From Balanoglossus misakiensis (lineage: Eukaryota; Animalia; Hemichordata): a stretch of 64,000 bases of DNA. The notes beneath the pieces were generated by a model, which saw nothing but the letters and a program-made list of their open reading frames with translations, was not told the DNA's origin and made no database searches. Where the stretch lies: contig CM082588.2 in assembly GCA_040954595.2 (NCBI GenBank), positions 2,177,027 to 2,241,026 of the forward strand, given 5' to 3'. Below, in pieces: positions 13,274-26,460 of this stretch. Each line of letters begins with the position of its first letter. The first letter of the stretch is position 1. The position numbers and the translations under genes were made by a program.

Positions 13274-16200
13274 CTAATATCGGTAACCATAGTAATCTGT
13301 GTATTTATAAGTCTGTGCCTGCCGGATAGCTTTAGCTAAATTCTGTGATTTCCTCGACCGCCGAGCCTCCAGTCTTCTCCTCAAGTTGTGGGCACGACTG
13401 AGATTCTTTTGCGTTCGAAGTTGGCCATTTTTCTTTTTCATCCACCTGCAAGAAATAAAACAGGAAGAATGAAGTTAGCTGGCCACCATGAAAAACTGAG
13501 ATCTAGCCAACGAAAGATTTTCATGAGATGGCCACACACAAAAAGGTTCCTAATCACATGATCATTTGAAGACTGCTACATGCACTGTTTACCATATATG
13601 GGCATATGTAAATAAGAGTGACTGTATAACCATAAGACGCTGGACCTGAAACAGTAACAGACATTTCTCTATCAAAGTTAGAACATGCTTGCTGGCCATA
13701 TGGCATGCTGTTATTTTCACCATAAAACACTCATGCTTTTGAAAGAAACTAAGAGGAAACCAACTACTACCAAGACTTCCAGGTATACTGCATACCAAAC
13801 TGCATGCGTGCCATAGTTGTCTGTTTAGAATCATGTGTGTTGAATACACACAAACAGACCCACAGACAAACTGAAACATCTGATCTGGAAACCTATCTAT
13901 GTACTGACCATCTTTCAAGCCCCCAATACTAGTACATGTATAGGATACTTTACATGAGACACCTCTGTAAACCAAACTATTTCCAATACCTTATGTGTCT
14001 GGTTTTAGACAGGTTTTTGTGTACTGTAGAATGACAGAGTGGGAGTAGGGATAGAAGTAGGGGTGGGGTGTGGTGGGGTATTAACAACAACAGGGTTAAT
14101 ATTGTTGATTTGTTAGTAGAGCCTGGTTAACATTGGCATCAAACTGACCTGCAGCCAATTTTTGGTGCAACTTTGGCAAGTACGCTGCTATCTAGCCAGC
14201 AAAAAAGACTGCATGATGAGTTTTCTTTTGAGGTAAAAAGGTTACCTCTGCAGCCAAACTTGAAGTTTTAAATATTCATGACTTACTCTTTATGGTGAGT
14301 TGATGTCCATTGTGTTGTGGATCCGTTAGAATCCGAATCTTGGCTGCAGGTCAGAAGTAGGAAGACATTTTTTTTAAACATGCACAAAACAGGGGGTGCC
14401 ACTCCAACAACAACAAAATAAAGACTTACTGCAGTGCTTTTAACTTGCTGGGTGTTTGGAGACAGTCGGGAGAGTTTGTGTGATACTATGAGATTATGAT
14501 ATTCATTTTATTGGAAATGAAGTGCAAAAATGGCCAGTTGTTAACGGGAAAGGGAAATTCATGTGAGTCACATAGATGGGACGTCTAACATTTACCACAG
14601 TGTTGAAGAAAAAGACAAGGACAAGAAACTAGAACGCAAGGCCCTTTCATCCCTAACTGCCCTGAAAATGGTACAGTCTAGACATCCTCCAACTCGGCAA
14701 TTTCCTGATTCCAGGGGTAGATGGGTCAAATGGCTTACGAGACAGAATTACTAATTCTCAATTCAGACAAAAGCTAGAGATTTGTATTTCAGCGCAGCCA
14801 TGACAATAGATCACAAGACACAGACAACACCAGACTATTCTTTCACTGCCTAAACATGCACAAAAAACAAGGAACACATCGATTCTGATCATCCTTCAGT
14901 CGGAGAAAACTCCAGAATGTCACCTACAAGGTCAATAATAGACAAAATCATCTTCAGTATCACACACAAAATCGCATATACGTTATATGTCTCAACCAAA
15001 GGCTAAATGAATAAGCAACAGTCCAACTCCATCCCATGAACGTACAGCAATCTACATGTACGTCAACAATGACAAATCTGCAACAGACATAGCCTTTCTT
15101 TAGTATCACTTACTCTTTGAAAGCTTTGTCGCAGTCTTCTCGGCTTCTCAAGTAGTACCCCGCCAGTTCTTCGTCCGATCTTTGCTTTTCTGCTTGCTTT
15201 TCTTTCTTCTTCTCAGATTTCTTTGATTTCACCCAGCTTTTGTACGCTCCTTCCGAGTCTCGTTCTTCCTACAGTTAAAAAAAGAAACAATCCCGTCAGC
15301 TGCAGTGTTTAACCCTTTCACCACCATGGTTTGGTCCAACTCCAATCAGATCTCAATGGCAATACCGGACCTCTATACAGGGGAATAGGGGTGATAGAAA
15401 GGGTTTAAAAATTTAAAGTGAACTGTACCCTATTTTCTTCCTCTTGCTTTCTCCTTTCTCTTTCCTGTCTCCTTCTCTCTTTTTCATCTTCCCTTTTCTT
15501 TTCAAGCCAGGCCTGGAATGCGCTCTCCGCTTCCTCTCGTTTCCTTTCCTGTTCATCTTTCTCCTTCTGTTCCTGCTCTTTCCTCCTCTGTGCCATCAAC
15601 CTGCAGTGTTCTTTTTTATATTCCATTTGCTCAGGGGTAAGTCCATACCTACTGTAGCCTGAGTATTGTCTATCAAAACTGTCTTCTTCCACGTTGCTGC
15701 CGTCGGGCGTCGACCTCTGCGCCCCCGCTGAGCTGGCGCGCTGTGAGTTGCCGTTGCTCGTGACAACCTTCCTCCTGCTGCCGGTGCTTCCTGTCGCGGT
15801 CGCCGGTCTGGGGTGCGACGGAGGGGCGGGCTTCAAAGAAGAATCGTTGCTGCTCCCACTATCTCCGCTTCCGTTTTCGCTTTTGGTGCTGTTGTCAGTC
15901 ACTGGCTCCAGTCCGTGCTCAGCTCTCTCCTCCGGACTGAGGTCGCTCACTCTGACTGTTTCAAAACTCCCGTTTCTTTCAATGACGACTACCCCATCAT
16001 CATCTCTTTCAGTCTCGGTCTTGTTTTCGTTCTGTGATTCTACATTGTTTTCCTGAGTAGTATTATCGACCTCATCACCATTAATTTTCAAGTCTCTCAT
16101 TTTTTCTTCATTTTCTTTATCTTCCTTCCCTTCCTCCTCCTCCTCATCATCCGGAGGAACTTCTTCAACCAATTCCTTGAAGCCCACTTTTCTATCTTTC

Positions 16201-16830
16201 TTCTCTTCCACCTCACCGTCTTTAAAAAGTTCTTCATTCAACTGTTTAACTCTCTCACCAACGTCATATTCAGGGGGGTCCTCCGAGGGTAGTGACCCCT
16301 CCTCGCGCATTTTTTGCAACAACAGTTCAGCTTCACGCTGCTCTTCTGTGAGTTCATAATCATCCTCGTCCCCCGAATCTGATCCTTGCCTGGGTGATGA
16401 TGTCCGAGGGTATGGATCATCACCGTGTTTGCCCTCCATGGGTGAAGTCGGCCTGAGATCATCATCGTCCCGGATGCCTGGTTCCGGCGTGGCATTCCGT
16501 GGAATATAGTCCCCATCAGCTATCACATTGTTGTCCAGTCTTTCTTCATTTTGACTTTCCTATAATTTGAACAAAAAAGAATTCCATGTATAACGAGTAA
16601 ATCTATCATGAGAGTTGGCGACTGGTGTGCTGAATATGTATTTTGTCTTTCCTACATGAGGACTGTCCATCACAGTGTAATGTTTCTGAATAAACCATTA
16701 CCTTTGTTGGTGTGGGTTCGTCTTTATCAATCAGCCAGTCCAGCTCCCTGTCCACGCTGTCAGTGTCGCCATGGCTACTTGGACCGATGTCGCCATTCAT
16801 GGTGGGTTGTTGCTCCATGGTAGCTGTCAT
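13274..16830 (-). CDS. CCDC181: Coiled-coil domain-containing protein 181 (ciliary/flagellar microtubule-binding protein)
   Basis: Coding exons lie at ~16702-16830, ~15430-16559, 15114-~15269 and 13274-13445. Motifs VVIERNGSFE, RKREEAESAFQAWLEKKRE, DCDKAFKEWMKKK and the C-terminus RRRLEARRSRK...AQTYKYTDYYGYRY* match the CCDC181 pattern as recalled. Non-coding 5' exons probably lie further right (candidate donor at ~19371). Confidence 0.85.
14287..14343 (-). CDS. CCDC181: Putative 57-nt frame-preserving cassette exon of CCDC181 (DQDSDSNGSTTQWTSTHHKE)
   Basis: On the minus strand it reads ctgacctgcag|CCAAGAT...CATAAAGA|gtaagt. It is phase 2 on both sides and has no stop codon. Confidence 0.55.
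15309..15408. mobile_element. Short non-autonomous TTAA-flanked (piggyBac-like) MITE in a CCDC181 intron
   Basis: TTAA-CCCTTTC at 15309-15319 and GAAAGGG-T-TTAA at 15397-15408 form terminal inverted repeats. A degenerate related fragment may lie at ~16895-16960. Confidence 0.5.
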
Positions 16831-19716
16831 GTCTTTGGAAGGAGTTCACAAAATGAATCCTGAAAAAATTCAAAATACACAGGTTTTCAACATGATTTGA
16901 TTTGGTTCAGTCTAAACCCATTGTTTTCTATGGTAAAGTTGAACTTCTATAGAGAGAACTGCAGATGTCATGACAAGCGGGTCACAAATTGAGCTGACAC
17001 AGGTGCAAACCATGTATTAAACTAAGTCAGTTTACTAACAGCTTGTTTGCATTAGTCCTGGCTTTAACCATATGTGGTACTGATCTATCAGGCTATGGAT
17101 CAACAGGATATCTTTGTAACCAGAATACTGTATTTGATTACTGGAAAGGTTATAAACTGATCCTGTAACAAGAGATAACCCAACGAAGGTGTCGTTAACG
17201 TGACCTGACTCTTACAAAGACACAATTCTACACACAACAGAAGAATTTGATCATAATTTATGTGAGAAATTCTTGGAAACTAGGATTCGAAATATATGAA
17301 CTGGTATTTCTGGTGAGGAATTTGTGAAACTTCTCAATAGTTCTGCAAGACAAATATACTTAAAAAGTTGGTCGCTGAAGCATAAATTCTGCTTACACAG
17401 GTTTGTGCCAGTTACAATTATGTACAAGCAAATTACCCACAACCTGAACTAGTTTAAATTACTTCAGTAAATTTGATCGGAACACTAATTCAATGAGAAG
17501 TATAAAATTGTGGAAGTCTTACCAGACCACATTTGAAAAATTAATGCAACCAAGCAAATGGCATTGATACGACCAGTAAATATTAACATTACGAAAATGC
17601 CATAATCGTTTCTATTCAAAATCTCCAATCAACTGTGACAATCTTATCAGTATGTATGTACTAACCAGAGTGTGTGGAGTGACTGTGGGCTAACAAGATC
17701 ACTTTTGATCATGAATTATTAAATTCAAGTATATATTCGGTGTAGTGAGCTGGAAATTCTGAAATGTCAAGAGACAGTGAACTCTCAGCTTTTCAAAAAA
17801 ATCACTTATTCCCAGGAGTTGATCATATTACTGCAGAACTACGCACAGGCAAATGTCAAAGTTGGCTGTTCAAGGCCTCTGAAGTACGATAATACAGTTC
17901 AATTCATTTTAATGTTATTTTCCTCTCTATCAAAGTCAATGTCCAATTACGGGCATTGTAAACCTTGGTTCTTATAATCTGTGTAAAATACTGGACCTCA
18001 TACTTAATGAATGACACTGCCTTTGATAATCCCCAGGGTATTTTGGTAATTTTGATCTGGCGATACTGGCACATCTATTTCCCCAATTAACGAGGCACTC
18101 ACTCACTGGGTAATTCGGATTTCGTTGAGAGTCAACATTCAAAGATCACTTCTCATGCTCAAGGTTGTGCTGTAGGGTTCTTAATCTGGCACTACCAGGC
18201 CTAACTGTATTTCCATGCAACAAAGGGGCGACTATACATTCCATTATCCAAGACACTCATTACTATGCACTGTACCTCAGAAGCTTCAACCTTGCCACAT
18301 AGTTGCCGCCCGTTTTAAGAATCCATGGCACTCTCAGTGTTCTCACACATAGTGGAGCTTTCTTTTGTCAGTAATAAACTTACTTCAGTAATAATACATC
18401 TAAATGTTTCCTAGCAAACTCGTTAAACAAACTTTGACAGTCATGGAAATGTGTAGAATTTTAAAAAATCAAAGAATTTCTATAATGTACCAATATTTTA
18501 AATTTTGTTTTCGGGTGAAATTGTTTCCTTTTATAGTTTTCAACAGTAAAGAATGAATAAAACAAAGTTGATAAATATAAAAGCACACACAAACTATTTC
18601 TTCATATTATAGGACAAGTGAAGTGAGATCTTGTTACTCAGGTAATAATACCTCTATTTGTATTAAGTCTTAACTCCTTCACCTGACCTGACAAAAGGCA
18701 CAGTGGTCACAGCCTGACCAGAGCACTCAGCACAAAGCGAATATTGTCTGGTGACAGTGATTACTGGGCTTGTGGATTACCACCTAATGTATACCTGGAT
18801 AGAAATTAAAATAATGGATGGGAAATGAGATTTCTTTCATCATTTTTTTTTTACTTGACAACATTGTTCGTACAGGGAGAAAACATAGACTTTTTTCTAT
18901 AACTCCATCTTTATGGTCTGATTTGACATATTCAATTGAATGTGATCACATACACACACCTATATCCCACTCCAGGATCTAACGTGTGATGTTATAATTG
19001 AATCGGACCATGATTGAAACATTACATGATATATTGACCCAAATCCGGATTACACACACCTGTCAATCGAGGTAGATATAATTGCTGTACCTCTCCATTC
19101 TATCAACGTTGACATGTAATCCCGATCATCAACATTTGATTCTATGCCTTTCCACCATAAATACTGATATGTTAATGTCACCAAAGCTTTCATAGTTTTC
19201 TGAAATCGCGCACCCGATCGACCGGACGGACATCAAACAAAAATCACCCACAATGTCGTCGTCAAACATGGCTTCCATGCTACGCGACACCAACTTATCC
19301 TGACCCGGAGATTGGAGTGGTTCAGGAATTCAATTATTTGAATAAAACTACAATCAAGGGTAATTTTGTACCTCAAAAATGTAAGATCGATGTATGGACC
19401 GACGTATGATCATCGGATTAATGTGTGACAGAAAAAACGACTGTGATCTCCGGGCCTTGAACGCTCGAGAATATTAGGCATGAAATTGGCGATTGCCCAT
19501 TATCTGGGGCCGTTGACTAACAAACGATCCTTCATAAATTTGACATCAAACTGCAACCTGGAGCAAATAATACTTACCCCAGTCACATCCAGGATAGTCC
19601 TGGGTATACTTTGTATCCGTGTGACAGTAATCGAGGCGGTGGATTTCACAGGAAGTGGTAAAATTCTCGTTGAGAAATCGGCTGGTGCTAGCGCCTCGTA
19701 TCCAAGCGTTAGTGTT

Positions 19717-19753
19717 GTTTTCTGTGGCAACCTGGTACATAGGGGGCGGGGCC
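19717..19753. promoter_or_regulatory. X-box-like (RFX) motif plus GC box, candidate CCDC181 promoter, divergent from PRDX4
   Basis: GTTTTCTGTGGCAAC at 19717-19731 and GGGGGCGGGGCC at ~19742-19753. RFX control is typical of ciliary genes (established); assigning these sites to CCDC181 is inference. Confidence 0.4.
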
Positions 19754-20225
19754 TTTTTGATTGACATGTAGCCGATGAATCCTGGTTGATGCCATTCTTG
19801 TAAAGGAATGCAGCTCTCTCTAACTTGCAACGTTTACTTGATATTCGATCGTGTAAACGCGTAGTCAAGTAATCCCAGCCGATAGAATCATACTTATCTG
19901 TACTTTTTATAACCAAAGTTAATAAATTACCAAGATAGTCTATAGATTCCACTTCTCCGTACATGTTTATTTCTCGGCCTCCCATGATTTGAGAAAATGG
20001 TTGAGCTCAGTACAATATAGGTCGAAAAATAGGGAAATGAAGACATATACGAACTAAAAACTATTTCAGAGCTTAAAAAGTGCCTTGAAGTTTTACATTG
20101 TCCGTGTTTATGAGATTTTAAGACACTCTTATGATGCTATCGAAAATATGACGAAAACAGTTTGGTGACCCCAGTTTGACCCCCAGGTGTATACGAACTT
20201 TCTTTGCATACGTGTACATATCAAT

Positions 20226-22005
20226 ATGGCGGCCTACAGTGCAGTGTTTGCTATCATCCTTGGCGTTGCGGTGAGCGGCCTGTCACAAGAAACATGTCCA
20301 ACTTTCGCAACGCTATATTCTTATCCGAGTGGAATGGAGGGACAGTCTGACCATGCTTTGCATTACAGCAAAGCGACAGGTAAGGTTGGGAATGGGATTA
20401 CAATGAACAGATGGGCCGTGGTACCGGGTGGGCGTTGCCACATGTTGTATGTTGCAGCCGCGCGCGTTGGCCGCTGCGCGCTAGAGGCTTGAGCTCCATC
20501 TCGATCTCCACACACGCGTGTCGTGCATAACAAACTTCCTGTCCCAATGTTTGAGTCAACTGACTGCATTTCGATCCGTGGTTATATTTCCTTTCTGTGC
20601 GTTGTATAGTTTCTTGCGTTATGGCCTTCATCCGAAGGCTAGCTGCATCCCCACCCATCCCAGGGACGCGCGCGACGCGCTGTGCAACTATACTGTTTAC
20701 CGTTATGTTGTATTACCAACATAAACAATCTTGTTTATTTTCTAACAGTGGCCAAACCTGCACCACCATGGAAAGCACCTGCTATTGTTGATGGTGAAAT
20801 TAAGGAATTGGAACTATCAGACTATAAAGGAAAATATGTTGTGATGCTGTTTTATCCTCTTGATTTGTAAGTTGACAATTCATTTAACACCAGACCCGTG
20901 TTACTATTTTATTATGACACTGTGAAATACTAGTAAATACATCGACATCCAGATATGACAAGTAAAATTCAATTTTCACTGTTTTCATCTTTCAGTAATA
21001 TTGTTTTGTCTCTTCAGTACATTTGTGTGTCCAACAGAAATCATTGCTTTTAGCAACCACGTCGAGGAGTTCAGAAAGATGAACGCAGAAGTGATTGGAA
21101 TCTCAGTGGATTCACAGTTCACTCATCTGGCCTGGTAAGTAGCTGCCCCTCAACTGCCCCTCACCTTTGGACCTATACATCCCTCCCATTATAGTAGACT
21201 TATTTCATGTCAAAAACCTTGCAGTGTTATGAAGCTGAATAACGGCTGACATTGAGCTATTTTGGAGTCAGCTTGTGCTCCAATAAACATCTGTTAATTG
21301 AGGAACATTTTCTCCCATTCTTAGGATTAACACCCCTCGTAATCAAGGTGGTCTGGGTGACATCAAGATCCCTCTGTTGTCAGATCTTACCCATCAGATT
21401 TCTAAAGATTATGGTGTCCTGTTGGAGGACCTGGGACATACATTGAGGTATGGGTGATTCTATTGCCGTAAAGGGAGTTCTACCCCTCCTATAGTTAAAT
21501 TCCATGCATGCATCAACCCATTTACACACAGTCAGACCTACCAAACTAGAGTCAAAACTTGTTGTGTGTTCTAGATGATCTCATTCAGTTAGTTTTTTTT
21601 TAAAAAGTCACCTTTAATGTTGACAGAGGTCTGTTCATCATCGATGACAAGGGTGTCCTGCGTCAGATCACAATGAATGACTTGCCTGTTGGACGATCGG
21701 TTGAGGAAACTCTGCGTCTGGTACAAGCCTTCCAATACACTGACCAACACGGAGAAGTGTGTCCGTGTGAGTGGAAGCCTGGCAGTGACACAGTAAGTTC
21801 TTTTCTGATGAATGGTCGAACGAACGTAGCGTAGTCTGTGATTTTCGCCCATCTGTTTACATTTTAGGAAGTTCAGAGACTTTGATTGTTGTCCCTTGAC
21901 AACTTTCACCTTTCTCTCAGAATAATTTCTGCCTACTTTCTATTTCAGATCATTCCAGATCCAGAGAAGAAAAAGGCCTACTTTGCAAAGCATGGCGATT
22001 TGTAA
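20226..22005 (+). CDS. PRDX4: Peroxiredoxin-4 (secretory/ER typical 2-Cys peroxiredoxin)
   Basis: Signal peptide [20 protein letters not shown], then [80 protein letters not shown]. Six coding exons; stop TAA at 22003-22005; AATAAA at 22353-22358. Confidence 0.96.
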
Positions 22006-22446
22006 CAGAAAAACTAATCAGTGGAATTCTGTTAGTTTTTTATTTTTCAAGAAAAAGGAAAAAAATCTGCTTGCGTACATGTTCTTTCGTCTTTCAAAGC
22101 TTATTAATACATTTGCAAGGAATCTTTATAATATACAGTTATGAAAGCAAGATAGCAATGTTATCTGGCCTGTAAGAGGTCATTCTGTCAAAAAGTGCCT
22201 TGTACACCAGCTTGAAGTTCTATTGTAATGCTACTTTGCGTGTATGTGTTTGCAAAAGTAAGTTGCCACACAGACGTTTATCACTAGTAACAAAATACAT
22301 GTATGGCCATTTCTGCTTCAAAAGTGTTGTTGCTGATGCAGTCTTGTGGCTAAATAAAATATCTTTGCAAAAAACAGTGATACTCTGTTGATTGATTCTA
22401 TTTTGTCAAGTTGAGCCATAGGTGCAAGTGCTGATTTGAACTCTTA

Positions 22447-24550
22447 CTAATCAACACATGTGACAGTTCCCGGCATGTGACCTGATGAAAATAAAAAAAA
22501 GAAAGGCGTATAAAGCGTTATTTCCAAAAGTATATTTTTGATGATCAACTACCAGACAGTTTTTATCTCAGCACAGAACACCAAACTTGGTACTCATATC
22601 CTTTGCCGGAGGCCTGAGGGCGTGACATGTGTCATACCCGGTACATTCCGGGCGCTGGTGTTGGTCAATCGAAATAATGAATAAATTTGCATGAGATCAC
22701 TAAAATACTCATTTACATACCATGGTCATTGGCCACGGTATCGCAGATCTGTCTGTACTGGTTGGTCTCCTTCAGCCTGGCAAAGGCTGGGTTCCACCAG
22801 CTGGCCAGAGTGCTGTCTTTACGCATCATCATCGAGCCGCCACCTTTCACACAGGTTAGTTCATCAGAAACCTTCTGAACTTCGTTTTGGGTGAACATAT
22901 TGACATTGACAAAAGCGGCGTCCACCTAAAACAAGCCAAAAACCCATCAGCTCTTGAAACTAAAACTCTTTCAATGGGTAGAATAACTGTTTGGTTGTCG
23001 CCAAAATTGGTCTTACCTCTCCACTGTTGACTGCCCCCAAAATAGCATCTCTGCTAACGTAATGGGTTATCTGCTGTCCACCTAGTCCAACATTCTGTAA
23101 AGAGAAAATAGTTAAATTAATATTCGTTCACCGCGTTAAGAAAACTTGCCCATTCCCTTTTAGATACATAAAAACGGGAAGGTTGTATGTAGTTATACCT
23201 GGATTTTGTCAGAATTCCTCTTGATGCAATATTCATCCGCCGCCCAACCATCCAGTACGGCTACTGTCTTATTGAGGATGTTGGTCCATTCGAAGTTACT
23301 GGGGTTTCCGTTTTTCACGTAGAAAGCTGCTCCCAACCCCTCACGGAATTCGTCGGTAAAATCCACAGAACGGAGGCGTTCGTACGTCGCAAACCAACCT
23401 GGATAGATGCAGAAAGAAAACGACTTGAAACAAAATGCAGGGAAACACGCACAAGAACACAAACTAGAATGGGTCAGATTTTATACAGATGTAAAACGGC
23501 AATTATACTCACCTGTACATGCATCGTACCACCTGCTCATTAAACCTGTACCAGCACGGGGCCAATGGCCGGCCTCGGAGTCCCAGCAATTCTGGTAAAT
23601 GTCAAACACAAGTCGACAGTTTTTGTTCGCCACTTCGCACACTGTAATAAATTGCAATTTCCAGTTAAAGTATATTTAGTCATCATTCGCAATTTCATTC
23701 ATCCAATCAATCCATCCATCCATCCATCCATCCCATTCTCTCTCTGTCTCTCTCCACCCACCGACCGACACGTGCACCACTATTTTAATCTTAACTTATC
23801 ACCTGCATTGACTATGTCAACGTGGAAGCCTCGCAGTCCGCCTTCTTCGTTTCTGACAAAAAAAGACAATTTCGTATTGAGAATGAGCAGAATTTTTATG
23901 ATTTGTAGTCTACATATTATTGAGAGGTTACGAAAGTTTGACTGTCACAAGAATTTTATTACATTCTCCAGAAGAGACACCCTGTTCCAACTTACATGTA
24001 TTCCAGACTTGTTCCGTCGTGTCCGATAGCAAAAGTCCACACGCGTTCACCAAATTCCGTGTCTGGTTGGCCTCCATCCTGTAATGTCGCTAGGAAGGAC
24101 AAAACAGGGTGTTAGCGAAATAAGAAATGTCATATCAGCGACCTTACACTTGGGATTGTCACTTTTTCGTCTGAAAGATTGAAATGGGGGTATTTTAAAA
24201 TCACCCAAGGGCGGTTATCGGGTTCAAGTTGCAAGATATCATACATAGAATATATCTTATTTTATTTATTGGAGCTTGCATCGTTCTCGTATGAAAAACC
24301 AACATGCATAAACATAAAGAAGATCATGACGTGACCATAGCCAACCTCCGTCATTTCCACCACCACCAACGTTGATTGTCGTCATTGGTTGCCGGGTGAA
24401 ACTGAACGCGGCGACGATGAGCGCCACCAACGCAACAATTGCGACAACGACTATAGCAACCAGAAGGACTTTATTTGGAGTGTTGCTCGAGGAATCGCTT
24501 TCCACCATGGTTTCTTTGTCGAGTGAATAACTTTCGCTTCGTCCAGTCAT
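22447..24550 (-). CDS. Type II membrane-anchored protein with an extracellular bacterial family-3 solute-binding (HisJ/ArtJ-like, PBP2) domain, ~331 aa
   Basis: Eight coding exons: 24346-24550, 23996-24089, 23803-23852, 23513-23641, 23199-23398, 23017-23094, 22721-22925, 22447-22481 (996 nt, open frame). A short cytoplasmic N-terminus and hydrophobic VLLVAIVVVAIVALVALIVAAFSF are followed by RVWTFAIGHDGTSLEY, GFHVDIVNAVCEVANKNC, ERLRSVDFT, KTVAVLDGWAAD, GEVDAAFVN and MRKDSTLASWWNPAFARLKETNQYRQIC. Confidence 0.88.
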
Positions 24551-26323
24551 TTCCTAAGTATTAATATAAAAAATGTACAATGCAATTAAAATGATGAAAA
24601 TTATAAAGTTAAAGTATTCTCAGCAACTGTACGTCGCCAAAGCAAATGGTTTTCTGACTGATACGAGTTGGTGTTCATTTTTTAGGCCTACATCCCAAAA
24701 TATCATTCATGGTCATGGCATTGTATTCGTGCATGGTATCGTACATGGGTGTGTCAACCCTCTATTGTAGGCACTATATAGCCTTAGTCTGGTCCTCTAA
24801 ATTGTGCTAATGATAATTAACAAAAAAGTTTGACGAGGGATTGCAATATGCCTATAGTCTTGCAAAGCCACAATTACAGCCGATGATGGTTAAATTTACA
24901 TTAGGCCTAGTAGCTAGACACAAAAAGCAAAATTGTTTGGAGTGAAAGGGGTAAACAACAATGAACCATTTTGACCTGATTCGAGTCTAAAAGTAAAATG
25001 ACCTAAATAACATTTTTTTACTGATTTGATAAAACTTCAGGAAAGTGAGTTGAGATATAATTTGTTGTGAATCCTTTCAAGTTACCTGGTGGTCTCCAGC
25101 TTAGTTGTTCCTAACGTAACGTAAGTCTTGATCAGGTATTTGTACGTTTGTTGTCTGTCACCCAAGATGGACCGTGCAGTAGTTGTTTCCGACCTGACCC
25201 AAGTAACCGTACCCTTTTTCAATATATTTACGGCTGCGACAACACGCTTTCATATTTAAATTCTCGCCAAGGTTCAGAGTGAAGTCAGTGGCTTGTAACT
25301 TAGCTAAATGATGGTGGTGGTGTACTGATTTAGTAAGCATGCAGAATATCGATTGACAATGTAAGCTTAATTAAAAACAAAATAGCATCAACATGTGTAG
25401 TTTTTTAAAAACTTTTTAGTACCACTTTAGCAGTAAGTAGCACTTGATTTTCAACCCATAAGAAGACCTACAAGTACAGGATGCCATTCATACCACAGTC
25501 CCCCCCCCCCTTATGACTGCCCTGTGTTATAAAAGAGGTGGCGGCTTTGAAATGTGTCTGTATACTGATCTCATGAATTGCGATGTATAAGTACATGTAC
25601 TCGTGTGTTTTTTTGCGATAAAAGCACGAAAAATGATCCACCGGTCGATCCAAAGATTTCCAAAATGTCGGCACGAGGGCATTCATTGTGTTTGGAGACA
25701 CCAACTTTTGTGACCCTTTTTTCGTGCTTTCTTTGTGTTCATTCGGGGTTGTCAATTTTATTATTCGGATATTAAGATGTCATGCCAATCGGCAATAAAC
25801 TCTAATTCATAAATTAGTCTTCAGTTTCAATCGAGTGAGCAACTTGAAGTAAGGTTCAACCAGGTCCTTATTCGAATCCCGGCATGCACTGCAGCGAAAT
25901 AAAAGCCAGTCGCCGTGAGTAAAGAAAAACCAAACATTTCTGACCTTAAAGTTTTGCTTCCGGTTTATGTGTTACGTGTGCATGGTCAGCTGCTTGCATT
26001 CAATGCTGTCGTGTTGCTGAGCTAAGCGTTTGTATTGTGTGTAACGTTCACGATTCACTGTTGAGACAACAGACAGTATTTCACCAGCCTAGAGAGAGGT
26101 GAGTGTTGTTTTGTTCGTTGCATAGACGCACCGGCCTAGGCACCGGTGATCATTGCAAGCTACACGTGCCACGCCCACAATGTTTATGTTATTCACGATT
26201 GACTGATTTGTGTTTATTTCAAGATGAGTTCTGCCCATAGTGTTTTCTCACCAAAATACTAGTAAACGTACATGTATAAACTGTTACCATCATAGCACAG
26301 GTAACTTAGAAATCTTGTTGTTA

Positions 26324-26341
26324 TTGATGATGATGATGATG

Positions 26342-26374
<33 letters not shown>

Positions 26375-26405
26375 ATCATGATGATGATGATGAGGATGAT
26401 GATGG

Positions 26406-26460
<55 letters not shown>

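Noticed and set aside
19500-19985. 161-aa intronless minus-strand ORF between CCDC181 and PRDX4
   Set aside because: It has no recognisable motif and overlaps promoter-like elements (GC box, X-box); probably a chance ORF. A BLASTP hit or ribosome profiling would be needed to revive it.
22563-22655. Alternative candidate last exons for the membrane SBP gene
   Set aside because: They have the wrong phase, early stops or weak acceptors. The exon at 22447-22481 has a strong polypyrimidine tract and gives GHMPGTVTCVD*, matching the paralogues.
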